A stretch of DNA of 64,000 nucleotides from Azolla caroliniana (lineage: Eukaryota; Plantae; Polypodiophyta), in the NCBI GenBank assembly GCA_043228905.1, contig JBHGNT010000016.1:15686001-15750000 (forward strand), in the 5' to 3' direction. The position numbers and the translations under genes are program-made. Of the stretch, positions 46,975 through 60,759 are shown piece after piece. Each line of letters begins with the position of its first letter. The stretch's first letter is position 1. The notes under the pieces are model-generated. The model did not search any database. It was given only the letters and a program-made list of their open reading frames with translations, and was not told the DNA's origin.

Positions 46975-49621
46975 CCTTAAATCAATTTTTGTAAAATGCT
47001 TTTCCCCACCAATGCGCTCTAAACGACCAGAGATTAAAGGTAGAGCATACCTATTTCTTATGGTGACTTTATTTAATCCCCGATAGTCCACGACCAAATG
47101 AAGCGAACCGTCCTTTTTCTTCATTAAAAATATTGGAGCACTAGCTGGAGAATTTGAATGTCGAATGAACCCATGCACAAGATTCTCCTCGATGTATTCT
47201 TGAAGAACCTCAAGCTCAATTGGTGATAGATTGTAAATCGGACCCCACAGTGGCTCTTCTCCTGGTTGAGGATCAATGGGATAGTCGTACGACCAATGCT
47301 TTGGAAGAACATTAGCTTTGACTTTATCAAAGACATCAGCATATTCTTGATATTTTTTGGGAATTTGGATGTTTGAATTCCTTTGAGTGGCACTAGGGTG
47401 TCACTGATACTACAAATAAGAAAAGTTCCCCCTTTCCTCCCACTTGGGACAATTGTTGCAATGTAATGATTGAGATTTGATAAAAAGGAGATGGTGCAGT
47501 GGTAGAACTATATTATTTAAGGGAAGAGTCTTGGGTTCGATCCTTAACGATGATTTTTTCTGATGAAGAGCACCAAATTTCTCGCCTCCTCCAATCTATT
47601 CTTGGGTTATGTAGCTCAAACTATGGCAAACCAAGGACAATTGGATGCTCGGGGCTACGTATTATGTTAAAGGAAACTACACATCCTAAATCACCCAAGA
47701 CTATGTGTATTGGCTCAGACTCTTCGATTATCTTCCCGGAAGCTATGGGACGTCCATCAATCACTACAACAGAAACCGAGCAAGGAAGGGTATGCAAGGA
47801 TATTTGATGTTTTTGGGCAAAATCTCTATCCATGAAACAAGAATTGGCACCGGTATCTAAGAGGGCTTGAACCTGAAGTTGACAACTTGGTGTCCTAACG
47901 TGTACTTGGGCTAAGAAGACTCTACTAACATGCTTGGAAGAAATGGAATCTACACTAGGTTGTACAGATCTAAAGGTATCCAACAAAATGGCTCCTATTT
48001 TAGCACTTATTCGTTTGACTCCTCTTCTAATTGTCTTAGGACTTGAAACTTATTGGACAAGGGTGGACTATTCATAATATTAGGATCACTAAGTGCTTCA
48101 AAAGTGTTGGACTTAGTTTTATTGTCATAGTGAATTTGATTTACCTGACGTCTTGGCCTACGGGAGCAATGAATGGCTATATGTCCTGGACCTCCGCAAT
48201 ATAAGCACAAACAGTTTGCTCAATGTTGTTTCTCTTCATCCGACAATGGTCCTCGTCATTGGGTCATATCGATATCCATGGGTGTAGGCCTATCCATTGG
48301 CGCTGAACTACGTGGTTGCCTTGGAGTTGGAGCAAGGCTATATGTTTGCCTTGGAGATGACTATGTCGTTACTGATGCATAAGTTGGTGTGAATCTTGAT
48401 CTTGTTATTTGTTGTTGTTGTTCACATCGACGCTCAAAAAGACGATTATCGCACCGCTTCAGTAAAAGATTTTGGATCCTCGGGGAATGTAAGAAGTAAG
48501 TCTTTTACATCGCTACGAAGACCGGAATAAAACTGCTCCATTAGGGCTTATTCATCCCAAGGAATATCTCTTGCGATGAGATGAAAATTGGCTGAATATG
48601 TTGATGTTGGCTGATCACCTTGACGTAGCGTACGAATCTTGTTGATCGTTGTTCTTGCTCTATCTGTATCTCCAAAGCAAACCTTAAATTCTTTGACAAA
48701 TTCCACAAAATTGTGGAGTAGAGGAGAATTTGTCTCTAATAATGGAGCAAACCACGACAACGTTATGCCAGTCAATAAGGTGCCCACTAACCCCACTCGA
48801 GATGCATTTGCCAGATAACGCATGGGATGCATTTGAATTACCAACCACACTTGATTCAAGAAACCTCGGAAATGTGCCCTTGAACCATCAAATTTAGCGG
48901 GGAGACTGATTTTGTGCTCCTTGATAATTTCTTGACCTTCGTCCCTTTGTTGTTGTAAAATTATGATTGTTCACTGTAGTTGTTGCACCCGTCACGTAAA
49001 CTCCTCTTGTTGTTGTTGCTCCTCCACAGTAACCTTTTGTAGATCTCCAAGAAGATGTTGATTCTCTAATTCAAGAGATGCAAACTTGGATTTAAGATTC
49101 TCCATTTCAACAACAAGGGTGAGATATTCTTCTAAGTTGATGGCAGCCATGGTTTCCACGAATGAAGGAGAGAGAAGAATTTGAATCAAACTGTCAGAAC
49201 CAAGACAGAAGAAAGATATAAAGAGATCACAAGAAGAGAGGAATGAAATGATAAGTGAAGAGTGAATGTATTAAAGTAGAATGAGAATGGATACAAGATA
49301 GAAGACTGGTGTTGATTTGAATTGATTTGAGAATACTTGTATGCCCCTATTTATAGGTTCCTATAGAATAGCCTAGAGATTTCTATAATGTTCTTGAATG
49401 TTCTAGAATGTTCTAGACCTATAATATTCTAAGATGTTCTAGGATATTCTAGAATGTTCTAGAATGTTCCTGAGTATTTACAATAATCAGTGTATTACAA
49501 GAAGTAGCTTTTATTATCTTATATGATCATAAGTTATCTTAATGGTTGGGTTCTTGATTATGTATTACAAGGTCTTGGGTTCAAGCTCAGGTGAAGCCAT
49601 GATATTTATGTATTCATGACA

Positions 49622-50782
49622 ATACCTATGACTCAACGCACCCGGATCGAACTCTCTTCTATTCAGTCTCAGCTCTCGGCTTCTTCAACCGATTTGACGC
49701 ATGTTGAGCTTGTCTTTCAACAAGTCACCTTCTGTGACTAGGGCCTTTTGATCAGAGATGGACTCTCTGTCCTTCCGGCAAGCTTCTTCATATAGAAAGC
49801 TCGACTTCACCATCTCTAGGGAGAACGGCTTCCCTTGTGGTCCCGCATTGCCCAAGGTCACCACAAGCGTCTCCCAACTGTCTAGAAGGGATCCCATCAA
49901 CAACAGTGCCAATACCTTGTCGACCAGTGGTACTTCTAGAGAGATGGTCGGATTTATGAGTCCTTCGAAGGTATTTAGGTGCTCATCCATCCTTCCAAAG
50001 GATGTCAGCATGTGTCTCTTCATTGAAGTTGTTCTATAGAGTCATGTCTATAGAACATCTTATGTATGCGCCTGCCTTCAAATGCATGACTTCCACAGGT
50101 CTTCGCATCAATCTTGTCGGGCTTGCTTTTGCCAAACTGTACCGGCAACCACAGGTCTTTGCACACAAGCGTGTTTCTCATCTTCGATTTCCAAAGGGAG
50201 CCGGTTAGTTTGAACATCCCTCCAAGGGTCTCATCCATATTTCTGTCCACCACCAGTTCTCAAATACAATGTAAAAGACAATAGTTGTAGATACACGAAT
50301 ACAAAAGTACAAAAACAGCAAGACACAAGATATTAACATGGAAACCCCTGAATGGGAAAAACCATAGGAGCCCACAGACTCCGAATAGAATCATTAAGTA
50401 GATGAGTGTACAATAGAATCAGAAAGCAACAACCTCGAGCTCGTCTTCATCTTCACGACGGTTACTCACACACTCTCTATCGAGCTCAGATTACCACTCT
50501 GTACATCATACGTTATCTTTCTAATTTCTATATTCTCTTATTACCACTACTCAACATGTTAGCCTTAAGTGTATTTATACTTATACACTATATGGGCTAT
50601 TTACAAATATAACCTCCAATCGGCTACGGCCTAATCGGTGTCCAGATGCCTTCCGAAACTGGCTTCTGGATCACTCCGGATCTAGCTTTCAGATGCTTGT
50701 CGAAAGTCTTCCGGACGATCTAACTCCTAGTCTTGATTCAGCTATCTTACACGTCCCATCCGGAGGGATCTGTTTCCCAACA
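49622..50782 (-). mobile_element. Ty1/Copia remnant: gag (UBN2-like) plus LTR
   Basis: ALLLMGSLLDSWETLVVTLGN gag motif; LTR-like 50270-50782 with GAAACCC..GGGAAAAACCA motif ending CCAACA; PBS degenerate. Confidence 0.7.
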
Positions 50783-50789
50783 ATTACTA

Positions 50790-50950
50790 ACATGAATATT
50801 AACTCTCGTAGAGCCCTAATTGGCCTTCACACTCGATCACACAACCTAGGTATTGAGGTTGCATTATGGAATCAAAATTAGCCAAATATAAAGGCATGTA
50901 AGGTATGCAAGGAAGGACTAGTAGAGGATGAGTATCACTTTCTTTTTATA
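50790..50950 (+). mobile_element. Non-LTR retrotransposon (LINE) 3' remnant
   Basis: SHNLGIEVA ... CKVCKEGLVEDEYHFLF, the C-terminal CCHC-like motif of LINE ORF2. Confidence 0.6.
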
Positions 50951-51344
50951 TTAAAAGGGGGTGATGACTTGAGTGTCACAGGAACGAGAACACTTAGAAG
51001 GTTGAGCTCATATGGGTATATACCTAACTCACACATCGAGACTTCGTGCTTCAAAGTATGAATATCCCATCTTAGGAAAGAGACACACATCAAGAAAACT
51101 ATTCTACTTAGGTCAAATGGGTCAATATTGGCCTCTCTCTCGATGCTAAAAATATCTATCTATCTATCCTCAACATATGGCACCTTTGATGGCCAGTGTT
51201 GCACACTTGTTGACATGTCATTGTAATGATGAGATTAAAAGTAACAAAAAGATATAGTTCTATTGTCAAGAGTTTATTTTCATCATGGTAAGACCAAGGG
51301 TTCAAATCTTGTCAAAAGGATAAGTATAGATGCATACTACAAGA

Positions 51345-51834
51345 TAACAATCGGCAACAGTTCAGTTTGAACCGAAGCGCGAAACCGCAGTTTATAATGG
51401 CTTAACGGTTTCAACAATTCGGTTCAGGTTTAGGTTTTTCTAAACGGTTCGGTTCGGTTTCGGTTTGGTTTCAACAGTAAAAAACCACGGTTTAACGGTT
51501 TCTATTTTTTAAATTTTTTTTTTTTTAAATTAAAAAATTCTAAAAATTGTTTTTTAACAATCTTTTCATTTATACACCTTATTCTCACATTTTAGGAACA
51601 TCTTAAAAATTCTAAAAATTCTAAATAATGAAATATTATAAATTTTAAAAAATTAAAATTTTGACCTATGTTGAAAACCGAAACCGAACCATGAAACCAC
51701 GGTTTTTACGGTTTAATGGTTTAACGGTTTGAAAAATGTTTAACGGTTTGGTTCAGGTTTCAAACCATTTAAATGGTTCGGTTCCAAACCAGTTCGGTTT
51801 GGACCCTCTCAAACCGAACCGTTGCCGATTGTTT
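51345..51834. mobile_element. Non-autonomous TIR element (hAT-like MITE)
   Basis: TIRs AACAATCGGCAAC.GTTC.GTTTGA / TCAAACCGAACCGTTGCCGATTGTT; TSD CTACAAGA (8 bp, extendable to 9); many AACCG/CGGTT subterminal motifs. Confidence 0.85.
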
Positions 51835-52672
51835 CTACAAGATGGATTAACTAATTCAATGTGAAAGGGGAACATGAGAAAGATATGAATGGGAAAATGG
51901 AGCTTATTTGTTGAGGGCTCACCTTTTTCACAAGGGAGTAGCATTCATGGAATTTCATTTGAGCTTGGCATAGGAAATCAAAATTGTTGATGACAAAAGG
52001 AGACAGAGTCGTTGCTCGTACATCCACTATGCCAAATTTCTAAAGCTCGTGGAATTTTATTTGAGTTCTTGATTCTTGGTTGGAAGTTAGGTATCTTACC
52101 TTTGTGGACTAGGCGATAGCATTGTTACTAACATTTCGTTTGCATAGGTCAACCAACCCCCTCTTCTTTTGGCACACTACTTTCCCACTTACCTCACATT
52201 GAAAACCTATCTGATTGAGGATGTGCCACATTTATATCAAGTTAGACTTTTGGCTTATGTACAATTGCAAATTGTATCATTTGCTTGTTTAAATATTAGT
52301 TTGATTTCATTGTTTGTGTCTCCCTTTCTATGTTTTTGTTGGATATTCGTTAAGAATTCAAAGATGTTCATCTTGCCTGCTTATTTGGAAGGCACAAACA
52401 AGCTCATATTCAAAGAGCCCCATACAGTTATATTGAAAAGAAAAAAATAGTTAGAATAGTTGTGTATGGAAACGCTTTGTACAAGAGGAAGGAGAGTCAA
52501 TTCAATGTTTCTTAAGTTGTGCAAGAAGGACAAAGGAGTTTTTGACGGATGGATATTGCAACAAGCTTTTTCAAATTATTATTACACATGAGAAATATCA
52601 TGAGTTTTATTGAATAGTCCATTAAAATCACATGTTTTTCTTCTTGTTCTTTTGATATAAATGATCAGTGAC

Positions 52673-55600
52673 CTAGAGTGCGTCCATGTATTCCTCAGAC
52701 CTAGAGATCTCCGTATATTTATACGATGTCTTGCTACTGAAAATGGATTTCATCGACTTACTCATCATCGTCGAGTTGCTTCCGGATTTCCAAGCCTCTC
52801 CATCGGCAGCCCATTGATGCTTGTACTGCTGCAGCTCTAGCTCTTCTAGCCCATCCCTCCTCATCTTCTCACTCGGAAAGAGCTCCATCTGTTGATAATC
52901 ATCAATGGGAGCATGGGGTATGTCAGCCACTTTCCCTTCCAACATCTGCACCACACTACTCATGCTCGGCCGGCTCTTAGGATCGGTTTGCACGCACAAC
53001 ATGGCTACCTCCACCATCCTCAAGACTTGCTCCTCATCGTATATCTTCGCACCACCACCGATGCCATAGTTCATGAGTCTCTCGTCCACCAGCTCCATCA
53101 CACCCTCACGAGGATCCGGTCTCATTTCCAGTCTCTTCTTTAATGCCCTCCAATCTTTCACTCTACTCCCGCTCACAATCTCCAGCAACATAATCCCGTA
53201 GCTGTACACATCACACTTCTCGGTGATGGCCCCCTCCGTTAACCACTCAGGCGCCAAGTACCCTGGGGTTCCCCTCATCATGGTCACCACCGCACTCTGT
53301 TGATCCCGTACCACCCTCCGGGACATCCCGAAATCCGATATCTTAGGGAAGAAATTGGCTCCTAAGAGTATATTCTGGGGCTTCAGATCCATGTGTATGA
53401 TTCTGTCCTCACATTCTTCGTGCAAGTAGGCCAAGCCTTTTGCTGTACCCAGCGCTATGTCGAACCTGCGCTCCCACGACAAGATCGATCTCCTCTTATC
53501 GACCTTAATCTCCTTAGATTCTGGAGTAAATTTGGGCTTTTTACTGAAGATCCAAGCATCTAAAGAGCCATTTTCCATGTATTCATACACGAGGAGCTTG
53601 TGCATGGTACCTTCGAGGCAGAAGCCAACCAAGCGAACAAGTTGAAGATGGTGAGTCCGGCCCAGAATTGAGACCTCGGCAATGAACTCTTTTCTACCTT
53701 GTTGACCTCCATCGATGAGTTGTTTCACGGCTATGGGCATGCCATCCTCCATAGCTCCTCGGAAGACATTGCCAAAACCACCACCCCCAAGTGGATCCGA
53801 GAAACCACACGTGTATTCGTGCATCTCCTTCCAAGTGAATCGTCGGGGCTTCGAATCCAGAAGTGAGACACCAAGCAACTCATTTTCGATCTCATAATCT
53901 TCGAGTTGTCTGGCTTTTAATCTTCGTCTTCTGCACACATATCCTCCACCCACCAATACAGCGATGATAAGCACAAAGACACCTACTGATACTCCTATTG
54001 CGACAGGTTTGGTTAGAGGAGGCAATGTTGCAGTCTCCATGAATTTCAAGTATCCGACGAATTCATCCTTAGTTGCCGAAGCGTTGAATATGATGGTGGC
54101 TACGGGACCCTGGATGAGGAAACAAGAACCATTGGATTTTGACTCCCAGAATGCGGCCGTACAAGTGCAGTTGTCCTTACAATGATTTTCCCAGCAGTCT
54201 TGAGCATGGATTCCGGTGTGGTTGGCAGTGAGGAAAGCATTGGAGAAGTAGCTGGCCCCTACTATCATTGAACCATTCGATTTCTTATGATTAGATCCAT
54301 GGCCACAAGAAGAAGGGTACGGTTCCCATTTGCCATCGGCCTCCTTGAACTTGCAGCCATATTTCGCGTTCTTGTTGGAATCCTGAAGCTCTAATTCATT
54401 CAACCCACCACAATTCTGTGTGCAATTCTGCGTCTCGTTGTCACATACACCGTAGAATCCGCAGAAGAGAGGCAAGTGGCATGGATTTATAGAGCTGCTA
54501 TTGTAGAGGCTGGAGAATTCTCTCCAAACCGCAGAGCTGTTGGAGGAATATGAGGTACTGTTGAGCGTGTACGCATGAAGGTCTCCGTCACTCTCCAGCC
54601 TGAGGAATGCAGCATATGTTATGTTTGAGCTGATGCCTTTTTTATCCTCGAACAAAATTGATTGGTTCCGCGATTCATTAACGCGTGTAAAGCAAGTTTC
54701 CGGAGTGATTTGGTTGTAGTTCGAAATTTCCGATCTGTATGAGTTTGATAATGAAAGAGTTTCACTCCGATTCGAAATCAGAAATTGAACTTAGACGCAA
54801 ACAGGAAATAAGAAAGAACACACAATTTACGTGGAAAACCCTGATTTAGGGAAAAACCACGGAACAGAGATTTCACTATGAGAAATGACAGAATACAATC
54901 ACAGAACAATGAAACCTGATTTGGTATGAGCATGTACTGAAACCACGATTTCAGTCAAGCTCTTCAAACTCTAGCACGCATGTGACTATTCCTTCCGAAG
55001 CTTCCGAAGCTTCTCTGTCTCTTTCTCTTTTGCTTCACACTTCTTTTCTTCTTACTTAGCTTCTGAGTACGTATACTCTTACACAGCCACTACTGTGCAG
55101 AAAACCAGTCGTTCTCAGATTTACCACACACACTACTCGTTTTCCTCTCATATATATATATCTCACCCCCTCACATACGCTATGTAGGTTTTCCCCTTTT
55201 CTCACTATTTCACTCTTAGTGAGTTATCCCACATACAGGCGCACTACCAGGCCTGTCAGCATATATATACTAAGTCGTTTTCTTCTTTGAATGTAGAAGA
55301 CATATGTATATGTATATGTGTGTATATTCGACTGAGTACGAATTTGACTCTCTCACCGAACTCGGTCAGCTAACCCCTGATTCGGTTCTTCTCAACTCAC
55401 TATTCTTTTACTTTCCGAATTTCGACCAAATTCGGTAATTCGGTTTTTCGGCCGATTTCAGTGATTCGACTCTAATCGGCTTTTCGACCGATTTCGACCA
55501 GTCGACACTCAAGTCGACTTTTCGGCCGACTCCCCCGCAAGGAGGGACGCCTTTACACAACAGATAAAACATGTCCAAATTGATATATCAATGAGATTCT

Positions 55601-56750
55601 AGCTACCATTGGTATTTTGAACTCGGAGGGAATTGATTACTAACCCGTTGATTGCTGGTTGAAGTTGAACAATATCTAACTGGAGACTACTTGGATGCTC
55701 CGGATACCAGCACAATGCTGCTGCTGCATGATGAGAGGTGGGTTGTTGCTTCTCGTTGAGAGGCCAAGACCAATAAGGATATACGAACATGTCGTTGTTA
55801 TTTATAGTACTATCAGAGGTCGGATTATTGAAGGATTTGTATTGAAACTTGGCATAGAGTGCAAGGGTTCCGTCCTCCTCGATGAGGAAAGTGAAGCTGG
55901 CTGTTTTGTTGCTATTGCCTGGTTCCGTGGTGGGGGTGGTGAGATTCATCCCGTATCGAAGGGCTTGCAAGACCATGAGCGTGTCGGTAGGATGGTCGTA
56001 AGATTGCCACAGTGTCTGCTGTGAAGAGTCGTTAGTGAAGAGGACCACGTTTCCCTCATACGTGATGCTGACGGCTGCATTGGTAAAGCCGGGCGTATTC
56101 GTCTGCCACACCACGTTATCCAACGGGTTCCTGTCGTAATCCACGAGCCGTAGATTGGTATCGTTGGGAGAGAAGTGGAGGCAGGCGTTCTCGCCCACAG
56201 GGCTGCCCACGTTGGCCGTCCACACGACTTCTCCTATGTTCAAGTCCCTGCTATAATCATTGTAGGCGACGAGGGAGAGGTTGTAGGAAGGGGTCCTGCG
56301 ATTGCTTCTTGTGCACAGGTCATCCTCGGATATGACGAAGAAGATCTCGAAGGAGAGACTGTAGTATACACCATGGCCCGAAGTGAGGCCAGTTGAATGA
56401 CCGTACAGCCTCTCTCTGTCATTCAATGCCTGTAGAAAGGAGTCGTTGTTGCAAACGACAAATGTGGATGCGGAATAATACTGTTTCTGATAGAGTGGGA
56501 AGCTTGCAAGATCATGGGAGTAGGAGAAGAGGCTGTCGTCCACGTTGGCGGCGGGGAATTGGTAGGGCTCCGCAGCTGCAACATGAGGAATGGATGTTGT
56601 TAATAATAGAAGAAGTAAAGACGTGGCCATGATGCAGCAGGACGAGGAGGATGACCTCCAAGGCACATGATGTAGGTTTCTATAGCAAAACCAATACTTA
56701 CATGAATTATTAGCAAAGCGCTCCATAACCATGCCTCTCATATCACACAC
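52673..56750 (-). CDS. G-type lectin S-domain receptor-like Ser/Thr kinase (SD2-like, non-RD), interrupted by a solo LTR
   Basis: Signal-peptide-like LLLLLL, bulb lectin VWTAN..VWQT..GNVVL..LWQSYDHPTDTL, RLESDGDL, EGF-like C..P.FCG.YGVC, PAN C..NCTC, TM helix, GGGGFG, AVK, HMDLKPQN, DFG, GTPGYLAPE. Confidence 0.85.
54715..55608. mobile_element. Copia-type solo LTR inside the kinase ectodomain coding region
   Basis: TG...CA termini, 5-bp TSD TTGGT (54710-54714, 55609-55613); GTGGAAAACCC..GGGAAAAACCACGG motif shared with LTRs near 50340 and 59580. Confidence 0.85.
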
Positions 56751-56859
56751 ATGTGTAATGATCTTTCTTGTGTGTGCATTCGTGTGTGTCTATATAACCC
56801 CCACTCTTTGACTTGGTATGGTGCTCCAATGAAACATGATGGACAACCTATCCGTTGAT

Positions 56860-57820
56860 ACCAAAGTTATACGGGAAAAGACTTTTCCTTCTCCTATGGC
56901 GAGAAATAGTGAGCGACCACATGAGTAGTATGTTGCTATTCGTCATAAATCGAAATCGTAGTTTGCTTGCGTTCATGAGCATTGACGTTGATAAATAGTA
57001 TTGGGTATTCCATAATTGTTCTAATCGTGTCTATGAAAGAAAAGTGTAGTCAAAGATGTTTCTATTGTATAACATGTTTGAAAATGCTGATCAACAATGA
57101 TGCTACAACTTTGTCCCCACTCTCTTCTTGTTGTTCTTTCTCTGTCTAACTTGGTTCGTTGCCCAGGAACTACGTGGTCTATGCTTCATACGTTTACAAA
57201 ACTACTATATACTCAACATTGACCAAAGTTATACCTTTAGAAAACTACTATATATTCAACATTGACCAAAGTTATACGGGGGAAGACTTTTCCTTCTCTT
57301 ATGGCGAGAAATAGTGAGCGACCACATGAGTAGTATGTTGCTATTTGTCATAAATCAAAATCGTAGTTTGCTTGCATTCATGAGCATTGACTTTGGAAAT
57401 AGTATTGGGTACTCCATAATTGTTCTAATCGCGTCTATGAATGAAACGTGTAGTCAAAGATGTTTCTATTGTATAACATGTTCGAAAATGTTGATCAACA
57501 ATGATGCTACAACTTTGTCCCCACTCTCTTCTTGTTGTTCTTTCTCTGTCTAACTTGGTTAGTTGCCCAAGAACTAAGTGGTCTACGCTTGCGTTCATGA
57601 GCATTGACTTTGAGAAATCCCCCGTCTAAGAAAGAGAAGTGTAGTCAATGATATTCTATAACATGTTTGAAAATGTTGAGAACGGGTAAATGTTGATCAA
57701 CAATGATGCTACAACTTTGGCCCCACTCTCTTCCTGTTGTTCTTTCTCTCTCTAGGTTGGTTGGTTGGTTGGTTGCCCATGCGTTAAGCGGCCTATGCTT
57801 ACAAAACTACTATATACTCA
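56860..57820. repeat. About 405-bp tandem duplication (plus partial third copy) upstream of the kinase
   Basis: ACCAAAGTTATACGGG..GACTTTTCCTTCTC at 56860 and 57265 with colinear downstream sequence; CAATGATGCTACAACTTTG occurs three times. Confidence 0.85.
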
Positions 57821-59379
57821 ACATTGACTTTGAGATAGGAGATGCCTTTAAAAACTACTTTAAAAACATGCATTTACAAAACTACTATATACTGAATATT
57901 GACTTTAAAATAAGTTGACTTGGGAGGCTATAGGAGATCATGGTTTTGGAATATGATATACCTTGATACTTTAGATGTCACACTCACTTTTGGAATCATT
58001 ATAAATTCCATGTCACTTCTATGTGCAATTCCATAGAAGCTATATTTAAAGCAATTCTCATCTTTTGTATAGGGTTTTGTTTACAGTTCACTATTACATT
58101 AAGGGGCATATATCAAGACCCCTTTTTACAAAAAAAACGGCATTAGATGTTGCAAAATGAAATGTATGGACTAGCACATTGGCATCATAGTTGTAATAAG
58201 CCATATTGTCATGTAGAGTACTCTTTTTGTCCACCCAATAAAACTAATTTCTTGTGGACTCCAAAACATTCAACTATTGGTATGTCATGCCAATGTCATA
58301 AGACTTGGAGTAGGGAGACCGTTAAGAAAATATAATAAATTACCTCACAAAAGAAAATTGTGATGCCAATTGAACTAATAAGTATAATTTTTAGAATAAT
58401 TGTTTTATCTCAAATAAGAATCACATTCTAGAACAAAACTTTATAAGATATCTGGCAAATTCAAAGGGTAGGTTTTAAGTTGGTAGTTACCCGCAGCTAA
58501 AAACAAGCAACACCCAAGGGAAGCTATGTTTGATGGCCAAAAGCCAAATATCCAAGATGGAGTGCAATACAAGAACGCTGAGATAATTATCTTCCTTCTT
58601 TTGTTGTCTTCTTGGTGTATACACGATCATGGAATTAAAATGTGTTAAAAATTGTGCCCAATGAGCTTGTCATTGACTCAAGACTCGGGCATTTTATACT
58701 TATGTTAGGTTCTAATGATCATTGTTAACGAATATCTGGTGGGTAGAACCTTCTAAAAGGTGGTTGGAATGCTCAAAAGATGCAATGCTCAATATCTCCT
58801 TGTGAATTTTGAAATTGATTTCGCTACTTCAACTTTCCATTGTTGCATAAGTTTGCGTGTGAGTGGTACTTCACTAGGACCACTAGGGACCTATACCAAT
58901 GAAAATCACTTTGGGACGGAAAGATTGCCTATGATGGTAGCTTGTTTGTCTCTTCTTTTTTGCCTTCTTTAAACTTTAGCATGTGTGGTCTTACTATGTT
59001 GACTTTGGAAATAGGAGACGCCTCAAGACACATTGGTATTCCCAATATTGACATTGAGAAAAGGAGATGCCTTAAAAAATGCCTTATTCCAAAGTTGACT
59101 CTGGGAATTATACTTAGAGATGCCTTAAAAAACAAACCTATTCCCATCATTCACTCTTGAATATGATATACCTTTTGCACTTCATGAAAAGGATACCTTA
59201 GATAACGCACTCACTTTTGGATTATTACTAAAACCCGTGTCACTTCCATGTGCAATCCCATAAAAGCTCTATTTAAAGCAAATATCATCTTTGTATTAGG
59301 CTTTGTTTGCATTTCAAGAAAGGAATTATTTGTTGTTATCCATGCACTGAGGTCATGGCGCCATTATCTTTCTGGAAAT

Positions 59380-60759
59380 TGTTTAGTGGTAACTATGGAC
59401 CACGAGTCCTCGTAAGCTACAATGGGCAGATCTCATCCAGAACTTTGATTTTTCCATATGATATCGTAAATGAAGAGATGGGATGGTAAATCTGTGACAA
59501 AGATATGCTGAAATACACAAGGTAGAAACAGAAAACAACAAATACACAGAGATATGCATTGTACACAGTCGTTTTCGTGGAAACCCTAAAATGGGAAAAC
59601 CATGGGAGCAATTGATCTTCGACTATACTACAAAGAATACAAGAGAGAACAAATTACAACACTCTGTATACATAGTGTATAAGTGGCACATGGCTCTTGG
59701 TGTCTAAGCTCACTCAGTTATGGCATCGTTCATTCACGCGCACTCGCGTCTCTCGCTCTCTCTGAGTATCTCACTCGCTCTGTTCTACACTACAAAAACA
59801 CTATTCTGCATCACACATCATAATGTTTCCCATGGGTGTATTTATAGTAATACATAGTATGGGCTATTTACAAATATGTTAGTTATTATTATTATCTAAT
59901 AATAATAAAAGTACTCATTAATCAACCGGTTGTTCCACTAGTCAATTCGACTAACCGACTCCTATGTCGATTGTCTAGTTGGCCCGACCAGTCAGCCTTA
60001 TCTTCGACCATCCGGTCGGCTTGACTTGTCAATCGTGTCTTCGACTTGGATCACATATGCAATGTTGTCGATTCGCTATGTCTTCGACTATCGGCTCTTA
60101 GCCTAACCAGTCGGCTCCTTTTCTTCGAATGTCGGCTCTTACTCAACCGATCAGTCGGCTCCTCCCACATGAAGGGCATATTCCTAACAGTAAAGGTTCC
60201 ATGAACACTTTCATCGATGTACTTAGTCGCATCCATGAAGTTAACATGCTTAGCTTCACCGAAATAACATCAGATCTTTATGATCACCTCCAAGGAAATT
60301 ATCTTGATGACAGTTATTTTGGAAAATATTGGGCAAGAGTTGAGTCTAGAATAGACATCACCACACCCTCGAAGGAATCATTTCCCATTGCTGACAATTC
60401 GCTCTACCGTAATAGGAAGGTTTGTGTTCCAAATTTGCTTGAGTTCAAAAAGAGAATTCTTATTAAGTGCCATGATGCACCCTCGGTAGGGCACCTTGGA
60501 ATACATCGCACACTTGTTCTCATCTCCATTATATTATATTGGCGTAAGATGCGCCATGACATACATAATTATGTGACTAAATGTCACCAATGTCAGGTTA
60601 AAAAGTTGAGCGACTTAAAGTCGTTGGGCTTTTACATCCCTTGAAAATTCCCAACAATAAGTGGGAAAGTAAAACCATGGATTTTATTCTTAGCCTTCAT
60701 CACACCCAAAACCATGATGCCATGTAGGTTGCAATTAATAGACTAACTAAATGGCCAGA
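59380..60759 (+). pseudogene. Degenerate Gypsy RNase H-integrase remnant
   Basis: WADLIQNFDF..YRK|GSMN..DVLSR, CHDAPSVGHLG..C..C integrase zinc finger; split by a solo LTR. Confidence 0.7.
59471..60189. mobile_element. Copia-type solo LTR
   Basis: TG...CA, TSD GTAAA (59466-59470, 60190-60194); removal restores the YRKGSMN frame. Confidence 0.8.

Larger units (their letters stand above)
37881..49621 (-). mobile_element. Degenerate chromovirus E (gag-pol fragments) with 5' LTR 49192-49621 and nested insertions
   Basis: Integrase/RNase H 37881-39525, RT/PR/gag 45991-49150; LTR TGTCAG...CATGACA on the plus strand; may be a chimera of two related copies. Confidence 0.8.
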
